Positions 49,660-59,229 of a stretch of 64,000 nt of DNA are shown here, in pieces. The position numbers and the translations under genes were made by a program. The stretch's first letter is position 1, and every line of letters starts with the position of its first letter. The notes below the pieces were generated by a model. The model had not been told where the DNA came from. It ran no database searches and saw nothing but the letters and a program-made list of their open reading frames with translations. The stretch is from IMG/VR virus record IMGVR_UViG_3300027143_000001, positions 32,001 through 96,000 of that record; one strand, written 5' to 3'. The stretch comes from a virus.

Positions 49660-50770
49660 GGCTTTTAAACATGTTATAGTATTTGTGATACTGTGCTTTA
49701 CGGTTCATCTCCCATGTGCGCTGCATTTCGCGGAAGTTTGGCGTATTCACAAAAGATATTGCGTTGTTACGTGCACCACGAAGTCTCTGTTCAATCAGCT
49801 GGATAAATCCGCTGACGTTCTCACCGCTCATAAACAGGTTCTCATAGATGCGCTGTTTAATAGCGTACTCATAGAACTCGTTGACCAGCGGATGGTCCAT
49901 AACAAGCAGGTTACCCTGGTCGTCTTCCATCAGGCTTTGGTAGTTAATGAATACTACGCCTTCATCAAAGTTGGTCACCAGGAATCCGTTCTTGATATGA
50001 CCTGCAAATACAGCACGGCTTTGTAAGTTGAGACAGTCCGCACTAACACTTTTGCTTTTGTCAATACGCATTTGTATCAGCTTCTTTGACTCATACTTGC
50101 GACCCATGTTGTTATAGATCACCTTGGGTATGTGGTAGAAAGGATCATTGACCACTTCTGCAGGACAACCTCCGGGCTGTATCTGCGTAACGGTGTTTGT
50201 AGGCGTATCAGGTACACCTACAATTACAAACTTAATAGTGTTCTGCAGGGGTGCTGAAGAAATGATCTGTACCGTATTTGGTGTATTGGGATCTACCTCA
50301 AAACTCAGCATGGTGCCATCCGGAGCAAATGCTTCAATGACCAGATTCTGTGTGTTAAGGTTATGGGTAATAGTGGTCGTACCTGTAGGTACATCAATGG
50401 TTGTTACAAAATGACCCAGGCTGTTTTGCAGGTAGTATTGCTGAGCCAGGTAAATACCTTCCAGTACGCCTTCTGTCTTTCCTTCCACATAAGTCTTATC
50501 GTCCTCTGGAGGATATGCATAGTGATCTTCACAGATCATGGCAAAGTTTAGTACATAGAAATCAGGTGGTAATTTAGCCTTACCATTGTGCACTTCTAAT
50601 GCTTTACTGCGTGATGGATTTACTTTTAGTCCCAGCTCATAGCTTACACGCTGCGCCACTTTGATCAGTTGCTGGGGATCTATCATCCCTTCCAGGTCAT
50701 AGCTTTTCAAATCCAGCTTTATACTGTCAAGAAGTTCGTCAAAGGTTCTGTATTGTGTTTCAGTCAGCAT
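49649..50770 (-). CDS. Ring / tail tubular protein (373 aa)
   Basis: KAKLPPDF...GFLVTNFDEGVVFINY...DDQGNLLVMD pattern of crAss ring proteins; lies upstream of the muzzle gene. Confidence 0.65.
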   Translation of the reverse strand: MLTETQYRTFDELLDSIKLDLKSYDLEGMIDPQQLIKVAQRVSYELGLKVNPSRSKALEVHNGKAKLPPDFYVLNFAMICEDHYAYPPEDDKTYVEGKTEGVLEGIYLAQQYYLQNSLGHFVTTIDVPTGTTTITHNLNTQNLVIEAFAPDGTMLSFEVDPNTPNTVQIISSAPLQNTIKFVIVGVPDTPTNTVTQIQPGGCPAEVVNDPFYHIPKVIYNNMGRKYESKKLIQMRIDKSKSVSADCLNLQSRAVFAGHIKNGFLVTNFDEGVVFINYQSLMEDDQGNLLVMDHPLVNEFYEYAIKQRIYENLFMSGENVSGFIQLIEQRLRGARNNAISFVNTPNFREMQRTWEMNRKAQYHKYYNMFKSHDV

Positions 50771-50780
50771 GGATCAGGAA

Positions 50781-51455
50781 TTAAGGGCGTTCTATGTGTT
50801 TGTTGTCACTGGCAGCGTCCTGTGGGATCTGCAACAGCATCATCATGTCTTTGGCCACAAGCTGTTCAATTTCTGCAAACAGGAACTCAGGCACATGCAT
50901 TTCTTTATCTTGTATGTACTGGCAGTTGTCAGCAGGGTCACAGTTGTAGTGAGACACGTCTCCCTCAAACACACCTTCCACGCGAACAGCGTCCCAGTCC
51001 ATGTTAGGGAAGTACAGGTACCCGTTAAGGAACCAGTAGTATTTTTTCTTGTTGTACTTGAAGTTCTTCTGGCGGCTCATTTGTTCAAAGCTTACCGGGT
51101 AAGTAGGCTGCAAATCTTCTGAGAGGTCAATTGAAGTAATACTTCTGATAAGCGGACCCCAGTAGCCTTCCATAGTAGCAGGAAGTTTCTCTTTGCTGCG
51201 CTTAAAGTAGCAGCCGGTATCAACACCGCGACAGCCTGCTTGAGCTCTGTCTACGTCAATAAGCTCTACAAAGTCCAGCGTCTGAAAGATGCTGTTAAAC
51301 TTCATGAGCTTGTTCAGGTTATCCTGGCGACGCATCAGCAATTTAGCATGCTTCATCACCATGGAGTAGATAAAGCGGTCCGTCATAAAGGCGTCCTGTC
51401 TGGTAGCCTTATACTGGTTACGCACGCGGGATATTACTTCTCCAATGGTTATCAT
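50781..51455 (-). CDS. Ring / tail tubular protein (224 aa)
   Basis: RSKEKLP...YYWFLNGYLY...VRVEGVFE pattern; synteny with the IHF-like and ring genes. Confidence 0.65.
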   Translation of the reverse strand: MITIGEVISRVRNQYKATRQDAFMTDRFIYSMVMKHAKLLMRRQDNLNKLMKFNSIFQTLDFVELIDVDRAQAGCRGVDTGCYFKRSKEKLPATMEGYWGPLIRSITSIDLSEDLQPTYPVSFEQMSRQKNFKYNKKKYYWFLNGYLYFPNMDWDAVRVEGVFEGDVSHYNCDPADNCQYIQDKEMHVPEFLFAEIEQLVAKDMMMLLQIPQDAASDNKHIERP

Positions 51456-52033
51456 AGGTCAAATTCGTTGTAGTTCTCAAGGGTTATGGCGTCCTGTTTG
51501 GTCTGCTCCATCGCCTTGATATTATCGCGGTAGACATAGCTGATCTTCTTGTGAGGGTCAACCATAACATACCGTTTCCAGTACTCAGGATAGGTGCGTC
51601 CGACTTCACGCTTGAACGCGCGTGTGGGATTGAATGCCCAAAGTTCATGGTGCTTGAAGCGGTACTTGCTGCCGAATGTCGTATAGAAGATCTTGGCCAG
51701 GTAGTTATCACTCTCCCAGTTGCGGTGTTGGACAACCTTGCGGAAGTCTGCGCTTAGCTTGAAGTCCACATTTTTAGACTTCTTGGGCGGACATGTTCCT
51801 ATGAAGATGTGGCCCAGCTGGTTGGGTAGCTCAACCCCGTCACGTACATCAATGGCCGTTTGCCATACAATACCGTTGAAGGTTTTGATTACCTCTTTGA
51901 TCTCCTTGTCATTCAGCACATTACAGCCTGGGACCTTTTCCCGTAGCTGCTCAATAAATGCCGCGTTCAACATTCCAGACGCACACTTCCTGTAACGGGG
52001 TGCGTGCAAATCTGGTTTCTTTGCTGCTTTCAT
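51452..52033 (-). CDS. IHF/HU-like DNA-binding protein of crAss-like phages (193 aa)
   Basis: Basic protein with EVIKTFN...DGVELPNQLGHIFI...FNPTRAFKR; canonical position before the ring genes. Confidence 0.6.
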   Translation of the reverse strand: MKAAKKPDLHAPRYRKCASGMLNAAFIEQLREKVPGCNVLNDKEIKEVIKTFNGIVWQTAIDVRDGVELPNQLGHIFIGTCPPKKSKNVDFKLSADFRKVVQHRNWESDNYLAKIFYTTFGSKYRFKHHELWAFNPTRAFKREVGRTYPEYWKRYVMVDPHKKISYVYRDNIKAMEQTKQDAITLENYNEFDL

Positions 52034-52038
52034 ATTCC

Positions 52039-52058
52039 CTACACTAAGAATTTACAAA
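52039..52058 (-). promoter_or_regulatory. Putative phage late-promoter motif, copy 2 (TTTGTAAATTCTTAGTGTAG)
   Basis: Matches the 59138-59157 copy at 19 of 20 nt; ends 5 nt before the ATG at 52033. Confidence 0.55.
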
Positions 52059-52082
52059 AAAATGAGTAGATATTAAAGAGAA

Positions 52083-53396
52083 TCAGAGAGTATATACAAA
52101 CTCACTGATCAATCCTTTGTGCTCGTCATGCAGGTGCAGGATTGCACTGCGCTTGTTGCCCACGTACTTGTTGTGGTAATGGTAGTAGTCTGAGCTGGTC
52201 AGCGCGGGAATGATGCGGGTCACAAACCCGTGCTCTTCATTCTCTGTGACAAACTCCTTGGTCTTGCGCCCGTGGTAGTGACCGGTGTACAGCATGCGGT
52301 GCTGGCACATGCCCCATTGCTCAGGAAACTCTACGGCAAACACCAGGGGATTGTTTTTGGCAGATACATCACCGTGTTCAAAACACAGCATGTTCTCTCC
52401 ATACTTGAGCACTTTACGCTCTGCATATTCAATGTTGAAACTAACGGTAGACCATTCCCTGAATACCTGCTTAACAGCATGCAACAGGTGAAAGGAGCTC
52501 AGACGGTCATGATTACCTGGTACAAATACCACTTCCACGTTTTGTGCAAAGTGTGACAGGGTTGTCACGGCTTGACAGATTGCGTCAAATGCCTTCAGGT
52601 ATGTATCGGTAGCGCTTTCAGAATTTTCCACCGGCGTACCCTTGGTGGTGGTTCCCCCAAAGGTATCCATATTCAGTGTATCTGGACCAATAACCAGTAC
52701 AACTTTTTCCAGGAAGTAGTTCTTGTGTGCTTTGTCTATGAGATACTTGACGGCATCGTTCATGATCACACCCATATCTTCATTGCCTGTCTTACCAAAG
52801 TGCAGGTCCTGTAAAGAAAAAACCCCGCAAACCTTTTCCTGTGCTGTAACGTTAAGGAAGTAGGATTCGGGGGCGGGCATGGCAGGCAGGTCGTAGTTTT
52901 CCAGCAGTTCCAGAAACGAACTTTGCAATTGCTCTGCTTCTGGTTTCTTGCTGACAAGTGCTGAGATTTCCCAGCGGTCACTCTTTTCCTTGTTCCAATA
53001 CTGCGATAGTTTCCACTTGCTGGTATCAATCTGCAGGATGCGGATAATCTCCTCAGCTGTCTTGGGTTCTGTAGTTGCAATACCTGTGATCTTACTGGTA
53101 CCGCTTTCCAAGTCTTCATGTATACTTACGCGTTTGCCTGTTTCTTCAGGCGTCTCCACCGTCTCCAGTGCAGATAAGATTTCTTCATCAGTTTTGCGGT
53201 AGCCTTTCTTACTCAGTTCTTTTTCTACCAGTTCAATGACCACGTTGTCAATGGTGTCACCCACGCGGGCAACTACTTCCATGACTTTGTCTTTGATCTT
53301 GAGGTAATGAGAAGTGGGGATACCTAGTCTGGCCGCCTCAGCTTCCGCTGATTTTTTGCGCTTCAGACTGTGATAGACAGCTGAAATAATGGTCAT
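52083..53396 (-). CDS. Calcineurin-like metallophosphoesterase with N-terminal extension (437 aa)
   Basis: Complete motif set: DLHFG, GPDTLNMD, PGNHD, EHGD, GHYH. Confidence 0.85.
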   Translation of the reverse strand: MTIISAVYHSLKRKKSAEAEAARLGIPTSHYLKIKDKVMEVVARVGDTIDNVVIELVEKELSKKGYRKTDEEILSALETVETPEETGKRVSIHEDLESGTSKITGIATTEPKTAEEIIRILQIDTSKWKLSQYWNKEKSDRWEISALVSKKPEAEQLQSSFLELLENYDLPAMPAPESYFLNVTAQEKVCGVFSLQDLHFGKTGNEDMGVIMNDAVKYLIDKAHKNYFLEKVVLVIGPDTLNMDTFGGTTTKGTPVENSESATDTYLKAFDAICQAVTTLSHFAQNVEVVFVPGNHDRLSSFHLLHAVKQVFREWSTVSFNIEYAERKVLKYGENMLCFEHGDVSAKNNPLVFAVEFPEQWGMCQHRMLYTGHYHGRKTKEFVTENEEHGFVTRIIPALTSSDYYHYHNKYVGNKRSAILHLHDEHKGLISEFVYTL

Positions 53397-53426
53397 AGGG
53401 TCTTAGAGGATATTGGGCTTATGTTA

Positions 53427-53459
53427 CAAATGTATATACAAAACTCGTTGGTTTACAAA
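53427..53459 (-). promoter_or_regulatory. Bacteroidota primary-sigma-type promoter (-33 TTTG / -7 TAnnTTTG)
   Basis: Minus strand TTTG-N21-TACATTTG, 30 nt upstream of the ATG at 53396 and just after a terminator. Confidence 0.65.
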
Positions 53460-53468
53460 TGTTTGTGC

Positions 53469-53495
53469 AAAAAAGAACCCCCGGTTACCCAGGGG
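53469..53495 (-). terminator. Rho-independent terminator
   Basis: Minus strand CCCCTGG-GTAA-CCGGGGG followed by TTCTTTTTT. Confidence 0.75.
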
Positions 53496-53538
53496 CACTC
53501 CCATTCGTCAGGAAAACCAACAAACCTGATTCATGTTA

Positions 53539-55179
53539 TTACTTAGGTTTATTAAACTGGCAGTTGAATACAGAAGGTCCCAAGTCGGCAAGGTTAGAGG
53601 GTATATTGTAATAGGTGCGGTCTCTTTGAGAGAAGTTAAAGTTGGTAATGCTTGGCGCATATCCTTTGACGCTCACAATCTCAGCAAATTGGCTGTCCCC
53701 AGGGTTAAAACCTGGATTAAAAACACCAATGAACTTTGCGTTGTGAGGGTAGAGTGCATTTGCACCACCACCAATACCTGTTTGTCCAGGGTTTAATGTA
53801 GCAACAGTGCTAATGCTTTGACCTTGCAAAACACCAAGACTTGTTCTTACTATTTTGCGCACGCCATCAACTGCAGATGAAGGGACATCCCATCCGGTCA
53901 GCACTGTTCCTCCATAATCATTACTTATTGAAGTACTTTTGTTAAAAGTCATGACCATACCGTTAGGCAACGTTATCAATTTGGACATGTTGCTAAACGA
54001 TCCTGAGGTCGTATTTACAGAATATGACATGGCAATGATGTTCATGGTTTGCGTTACCGGATCAAGTACCAGAATGCCATTTGAAACATTGAGATTGGCC
54101 TGAGTATCCACCGCAATCCTTGGGACGCAGTAGATCTTCAGGGTATTGATGTCATGACTGGCATCACGAGGCTTTTCCAAAAATGCAGACTGTATCTGAA
54201 TATTTTTTGTCATACCTGTATAGGTTGTTCTTAAATTAGGCGCAGACACCAGTTCTCCACTAGTCCCCCACGCACTTTGTTTGACATAAAAAATGCGTCC
54301 GCGTCCTTTTCCAGGCATCAGATATATACACCCACTGGGGTGAACAATGGCATCTGAAATTGCAGTAAAATTCCGCGCTGACGCACTATTTGACCCTGCT
54401 GAATCCGTAGCGTATGCAGGGGTAAAACCCGTTGTGTCTGGGTAATCTGTATAGGTTGTACCAGCTTCATCTCTCCAGCTCAGGACTGATTGTCCAAAAG
54501 GCGCAGTAGTTGCAAAGTAATTTGAGTAATAACTGTCTTCCACCGTGTCAGCGGAAGCATTTGAAGTAGTGGTAATTCTGAAAGACTGAGCATATACCGA
54601 AAACACGTAGATCTTATTGTCAGTTCCCAGTACCGCACTACTTATTGCGCGGTTAGTAATGAATGTGGCACCGCTTGGGCGCAACATGTCTGTGACTTTC
54701 CAAAGTTCACTGTTTGGATTGAATATCACCCACTTGTTGTCATTGCTTCCACATTGCGCAGGAGGAAAGTATATCAATCCATTTGATGCTAATATTCCTG
54801 TGTTGAACCTGAAAAGTGCATTGTCAGTTGTATTACTGCTTACGGCACTAGGCGCACCCCATGATGGTTTTGCAAACCCACTTCCGTTAGCTGTTACACC
54901 GTTATCTGCCACCAGATATGAAATGGTGGGCGGGGTGTAATTGGTGGTAGCTGTGTTGCTCGTACCAGGAACAATCTTCATGATCACAAAAGCCTCGTAA
55001 GTTCCTGACACATTGAAAGCAGTGGCTCCCAGTATGGCGTACATATTTCCGTTAGGGGCAAGCGTGGGTTTTGTAAACAACCCTATGTACGACGCACTAC
55101 CGTATGCTCCTGCAAGTGGTGCAATATCACGTACGCTGTAGCCCCATGTTGCGGCCTGGTGTGTTCCTAAAGATATCAT
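53539..55179 (-). CDS. Beta-propeller-type virion appendage / receptor-binding protein (546 aa)
   Basis: Repeated blades LAPNGNMY, LASNGLIYFPP, LGTDNKIY, VHPSGCIYLMP, LPNGMVM; follows the collagen fibre gene. Confidence 0.55.
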   Translation of the reverse strand: MISLGTHQAATWGYSVRDIAPLAGAYGSASYIGLFTKPTLAPNGNMYAILGATAFNVSGTYEAFVIMKIVPGTSNTATTNYTPPTISYLVADNGVTANGSGFAKPSWGAPSAVSSNTTDNALFRFNTGILASNGLIYFPPAQCGSNDNKWVIFNPNSELWKVTDMLRPSGATFITNRAISSAVLGTDNKIYVFSVYAQSFRITTTSNASADTVEDSYYSNYFATTAPFGQSVLSWRDEAGTTYTDYPDTTGFTPAYATDSAGSNSASARNFTAISDAIVHPSGCIYLMPGKGRGRIFYVKQSAWGTSGELVSAPNLRTTYTGMTKNIQIQSAFLEKPRDASHDINTLKIYCVPRIAVDTQANLNVSNGILVLDPVTQTMNIIAMSYSVNTTSGSFSNMSKLITLPNGMVMTFNKSTSISNDYGGTVLTGWDVPSSAVDGVRKIVRTSLGVLQGQSISTVATLNPGQTGIGGGANALYPHNAKFIGVFNPGFNPGDSQFAEIVSVKGYAPSITNFNFSQRDRTYYNIPSNLADLGPSVFNCQFNKPK

Positions 55180-55185
55180 CTGTTA

Positions 55186-56532
55186 TTATACTACTACGTT
55201 TGTAAGGTCACCGAACATGTACCACAACGCGTCACTTCTTTTTACCAAAGTGGCAGCACTGTATCGTGTTCTTAAATATTGCATGCTGTTGGCACTTTCA
55301 AGGGTTACGCCTATTCCGCCTATGATGCGCACCTGTCCTGTTCCCTTTTGCATAATCGTCACCTGGTAGCCAACCGGAAAGTTGGTTAATCCTGCTGGAA
55401 CAGTGATGGTTACAGGGTTGGAAGATTCGGCCAATACAACAACACCTGCATCTGTACTGGGAAAAGTTGCAGGGCCTCCTCCGGCCTGAACAGATCCTAC
55501 AGCACCATCTGCTTTCAATGTATATGCAACAACAGCACTCGTCAAATCTCTGAATCCTGCGACTCCTGTTGAACTGTTGGCTCCGTTGGAACCTGCAGGT
55601 CCCTGAGATCCTGTTGCACCTGTCGCTCCTGTTGCTCCTGTTGGTCCAGCAGGGCCAGCGGGTCCCGCGGGGCCGGTAGCTCCAGCAGGTCCGGCAGGTC
55701 CGGTTGCACCCGTAGGTCCAGCAGGACCGGCAGGGCCAGCAGGACCAGTAGCACCAGGTAAACCATTGGCACCATTTGCTCCGGCAGGTCCAACCAGGCT
55801 AATACCCGTTGTTGGCCATACCCCTCCTACTTTTGGGCCTATGAGAATGTTGGTGTCGGTTCTGATATAGTAGTCGCCATTGTTACCAATTGAATTGTTA
55901 GGCGCAAAGTTTCCTGAAAGGATTAAGTTTCCAGCAGGTCCTTGTGGGCCAACGCTTCCTCCAGTACCAGGAGGGCCTGCGATCTGGCCTAGATTCACCC
56001 AGCCGCTTCCATCCGCTGATGTACTAGTAGGGTCATAAACATATATAGTCCCATTGACACCACTATCCACATCCGTTAACATGACAACTGTCAAGGGATC
56101 AGGTGTAGGAAAGTCTACAAGCATGGTTGCATATGTAGATGTATATCCCTCAACCGTTACAGATTGTCCGGGAGCACCGGGAGGGCCTTGGGCACCTATG
56201 GCGCTGATCTCAATAACCTGTCCAGGCGTATCCACCACCACAGGGTCAATTCCGCCATTTAAAGTGACACTGCCGTCTAGTGCAGGTTGCAGGGTAAAGT
56301 TATTTGCACCACCAATGTTTCCATTGTTAGACAAACCTTGCAGTACGTCAGTCATGTTGTCGCCAGTATCAGCAACACCAGGAATGGCTGGTCCGTCATA
56401 ACGAACACAAGATGTATTCATTACCTCTGGGCATGGCTCACCATCTACGCAGATGGGAGGTGCAGGTACGGTAACCGGAGGAGTAGTTGGCTCCTGAGGG
56501 CATCCGCAAGTTGAAGGGTTATCAGGGTACAT
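55186..56532 (-). CDS. Collagen-like fibre protein (448 aa)
   Basis: Uninterrupted Gly-X-Y run ([22 protein letters not shown]...), [11 protein letters not shown] motif, C-terminal [17 protein letters not shown] domain. Confidence 0.85.
   Translation of the reverse strand: MYPDNPSTCGCPQEPTTPPVTVPAPPICVDGEPCPEVMNTSCVRYDGPAIPGVADTGDNMTDVLQGLSNNGNIGGANNFTLQPALDGSVTLNGGIDPVVVDTPGQVIEISAIGAQGPPGAPGQSVTVEGYTSTYATMLVDFPTPDPLTVVMLTDVDSGVNGTIYVYDPTSTSADGSGWVNLGQIAGPPGTGGSVGPQGPAGNLILSGNFAPNNSIGNNGDYYIRTDTNILIGPKVGGVWPTTGISLVGPAGANGANGLPGATGPAGPAGPAGPTGATGPAGPAGATGPAGPAGPAGPTGATGATGATGSQGPAGSNGANSSTGVAGFRDLTSAVVAYTLKADGAVGSVQAGGGPATFPSTDAGVVVLAESSNPVTITVPAGLTNFPVGYQVTIMQKGTGQVRIIGGIGVTLESANSMQYLRTRYSAATLVKRSDALWYMFGDLTNVVV
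55575..55791 (-). repeat. Collagen Gly-X-Y tandem repeat (9-nt period)
   Basis: GPA/GAT/GPT triplets encoded by degenerate 9-mers. Confidence 0.85.
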
Positions 56533-56556
56533 ATCTTAAATAATGTTTTTCATAGT

Positions 56557-58143
56557 TTAGGGTTGGGCACACATGTTATAAGAAACACCTGCACAAAGCG
56601 GTACGGTTTGACCAGTGATTGACTGCACACATCCCAAAATGCGGGTGACAGTTCCACATTGTCCGGTTCCTGAACATAGTGCGGTTGTTACGGCAACATA
56701 GTCAAGAGTTGCTTGAGAATTACCTCCTGTAATTGACAGAACCTCTGTGTAGTAGCTTTGTACACCACATTCATTGGTAAGTTCAAAATACAAGGTTACA
56801 TCTATCGTTGCGCCTGCATTGCTAATAGGAGATCCTGTAGAAGAGTTCTGAAGAGTTACAGTTATACGCTTATTGGTTTCATTGTATGTAGTTGTCGATC
56901 CTGCAGTTGGTGTACAATCAACAGTTGTTGTTGGAAGAATGGTCTCCTCAATATCTATGCACATCGGAATTATAGAAGACCTAAGCACTGCAATTTGCGT
57001 CACAGGCGCACTTCCACAGCCATAAACTGCTGTTACACGCACTGCGTAGTTTTTGTTCTCATTAGCAAACCCGTTTAAAATTGTAAGAGGTAAAGTTGCT
57101 GGATGAGATAAAATAGTCTGAGGTAATAAAGATGGACCTGATGGAGTGCTACCTATAAGATTAAAAATCTCAACAACGTACTCAATTGGAGGTTCACCAG
57201 TTCCATACAAGGGATCACTCCAGGAAATCTGAAAATTATTTGATGTCACATTGTTGATGCTTAATCCCCGTACAGGTAAAGGAGAACACACAAGTACTTC
57301 CTGGCAACAGTCAATGATCTTTGCTCTCATATCGCAGATGGTGATCCACATGTTGGAAAGCGTTTCTGCTAGTGTACTAGGATTACTTACCCAGCCTGGC
57401 AAATCTGCCATAATTGTTCCAGGTGTCATCAGTGAATCAACTGATTCAATAGTTGCACATCCTGCATAATCTGTCACAGCATTAATCTGGGCAATAGATC
57501 CCAGTACAGCACTTAAGTCACAAAAGGTAGACTCAAAGTTGGCAAACGCCATTTGGATAGGCAATACCAAACCAGGAGAAGGACCACTGGCACATTGCGT
57601 AGTGATGTTAATCACAGGAGATCCTGTAGTAGGCGTCTGATTTTCCAGAATTGTTACACGCTGGTCAAGGCTGTCAAGTTGTGTTTGGTGATCGTCTGTG
57701 ATTGTGTACAGATCACAAACAGCATTTGCAATAAGATCAATGTACTCTTCCTGGGTAACCTGTGTAATAGTATTGCCATCCCCGTCAATATATTGCAAAC
57801 AGGCTGGTAAATCGTAGAGCATGTCAGGACCTGGTGTTACAGGATCGTCTGTCAACGCTTCACATAATTTATTTACAATAAGCTGGATAAGTGCTTCCTG
57901 TGTTTCAGGAGTAGTGTCACCCACACCCAGCAAACAGTTTACATCTATGCCCGCTACATCAAACAGATTATCATTTAGCTCGCATACTTTAAGTGCAAGC
58001 TGATAGACCACATCTGTGATTGTGTCCCCGCTGCACAATGACAGGCAGGAAATATCCGGTCCCTGCCACACCACACAGTTGCTGGACAACGGTGTACAGT
58101 TGGCATTTGGATCAGGATTGCTATTTGACCTTACAGGGTTCAT
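56557..58143 (-). CDS. Cys-rich fibre/appendage protein with FN3-like domain (528 aa)
   Basis: Cys-rich N-terminus, coiled-coil stretches, FN3 signature (LSINNVTSNNFQISWSDP...YVVE...NYAVRVTAV). Confidence 0.65.
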   Translation of the reverse strand: MNPVRSNSNPDPNANCTPLSSNCVVWQGPDISCLSLCSGDTITDVVYQLALKVCELNDNLFDVAGIDVNCLLGVGDTTPETQEALIQLIVNKLCEALTDDPVTPGPDMLYDLPACLQYIDGDGNTITQVTQEEYIDLIANAVCDLYTITDDHQTQLDSLDQRVTILENQTPTTGSPVINITTQCASGPSPGLVLPIQMAFANFESTFCDLSAVLGSIAQINAVTDYAGCATIESVDSLMTPGTIMADLPGWVSNPSTLAETLSNMWITICDMRAKIIDCCQEVLVCSPLPVRGLSINNVTSNNFQISWSDPLYGTGEPPIEYVVEIFNLIGSTPSGPSLLPQTILSHPATLPLTILNGFANENKNYAVRVTAVYGCGSAPVTQIAVLRSSIIPMCIDIEETILPTTTVDCTPTAGSTTTYNETNKRITVTLQNSSTGSPISNAGATIDVTLYFELTNECGVQSYYTEVLSITGGNSQATLDYVAVTTALCSGTGQCGTVTRILGCVQSITGQTVPLCAGVSYNMCAQP

Positions 58144-58370
58144 AGGGTATTGATTCTTTCAATTACAGCATCATGTGTACAGCCTGCGCTGTCAACGTTA
58201 CATCCACACGCTTTTCGCTCCTCTCCTCTCATATAGAGATTTCTCAGATCATCTGCCAGGTCAGCATCCACTTTTGCGCGACAGGTCTTAAGACCAAAGC
58301 GCTTGCGCTGCATGTCCTGAAAAAGAGCATCTGCAAAGAGCTGGTTGATATGGGTTAGCGTGTCAGTCAC
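58140..58370 (-). CDS. Small conserved structural protein (76 aa, GTG start)
   Basis: Coupled at both ends (GTGA and ATGA overlaps). Confidence 0.6.
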   Translation of the reverse strand: MTDTLTHINQLFADALFQDMQRKRFGLKTCRAKVDADLADDLRNLYMRGEERKACGCNVDSAGCTHDAVIERINTL

Positions 58371-58531
58371 GATTTAGTGAAGTTGTTGTTATTATTGATA
58401 TTGGTGTTCGTGTATTTTAGCTGAGCTTCATACACTTTGATACAATTTGAGCATACAGAACGTCCGTCTGATGCAGTGCGAACCTGGCATGAGCAGCCAA
58501 GGTTGGTGTTACAGTTGTTACACTTTGCCAT
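58367..58531 (-). CDS. Small Cys-rich putative Zn-binding protein (54 aa, MAKCNNCNTNLGCSCQ...VCSNC)
   Basis: Hand translation; not in the track. CxxC...CxC...CxxC; the stop overlaps the next GTG. Confidence 0.7.
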   Translation of the reverse strand: MAKCNNCNTNLGCSCQVRTASDGRSVCSNCIKVYEAQLKYTNTNINNNNNFTKS

Positions 58532-58546
58532 ATACTTGTTGGTTGG

Positions 58547-59113
58547 TTAGCAGTTACAGGTAGAGCAACATCCGCTCTGGTACTTTTTCAACAGCTTCTG
58601 TGCGTAGGCAAGCATGTTCACCGCATCTTTTGGCGAGTGACAATATTCAGCCTTTGCTTTGGCTGCTTCTAAAAACATTTTGATGTAGCGCAGGTCATGC
58701 ATTTTATCATGCTGCTCAGGAGTGGGCTCACACGCTGCAAGCTGCACTTTGCACACTTCCTTATAGTAGGTGTTCAATGTAGCAGTGATTCTCAGGTGGT
58801 AGTATTCCACGTACACCTTGTCATTTGGAGAAACACTATACTTGATGGTGTAAAGACCGTCTGGCAAATCTGCCACGGCAGGATTGTTCACCGGCATCAG
58901 TCCCAGGTCATAAGCAGAAAAGTTCTTGCAGAATCCAGGGGTTAAATCCTCTGTGATGTATACAGGCACTGTATAGCCAGGAACATAGATATCCAGGCGC
59001 TGGCAATCCACGTTCAATCCTTGTGCGTATACAGAGGCGTCGCAGATGCGCAGGATGTTCTCACACGCTGTGTCTGGAACATCTAGGGATAAATGGTGTT
59101 TAAGTGCGGCCAT
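58547..59113 (-). CDS. Structural protein, possible tail hub / fibre-docking subunit (188 aa)
   Basis: LPDGLYTIKYSV motif, Cys-rich C-terminus (CCSTCNC); first gene after a terminator and promoter motif. Confidence 0.5.
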   Translation of the reverse strand: MAALKHHLSLDVPDTACENILRICDASVYAQGLNVDCQRLDIYVPGYTVPVYITEDLTPGFCKNFSAYDLGLMPVNNPAVADLPDGLYTIKYSVSPNDKVYVEYYHLRITATLNTYYKEVCKVQLAACEPTPEQHDKMHDLRYIKMFLEAAKAKAEYCHSPKDAVNMLAYAQKLLKKYQSGCCSTCNC

Positions 59114-59137
59114 AGGGTATAGTGGGCAGATTAATCT

Positions 59138-59157
59138 CTACAATAAGAATTTACAAA
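59138..59157 (-). promoter_or_regulatory. Putative phage late-promoter motif, copy 1 (TTTGTAAATTCTTATTGTAG)
   Basis: Repeated intergenic motif, located directly after a terminator. Confidence 0.55.
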
Positions 59158-59169
59158 AAATACCTCTAC

Positions 59170-59207
59170 AAAACAAAAAAGGAGGCGAGTTTCCTCGACC
59201 TCCTTTT
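59170..59207 (-). terminator. Rho-independent terminator
   Basis: Minus strand AAAAGGAGGTCGAG-GAAA-CTCGCCTCC followed by TTTTTTGTTTT. Confidence 0.85.
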
Positions 59208-59229
59208 CATAGGGTAGGGTTAATTAAGA

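Noticed and set aside
55575-55791. CRISPR array or DGR template/variable repeat
   Set aside because: The repeat is collagen-coding. No spacer structure, reverse transcriptase or adenine-variant repeat pair was seen in the window.
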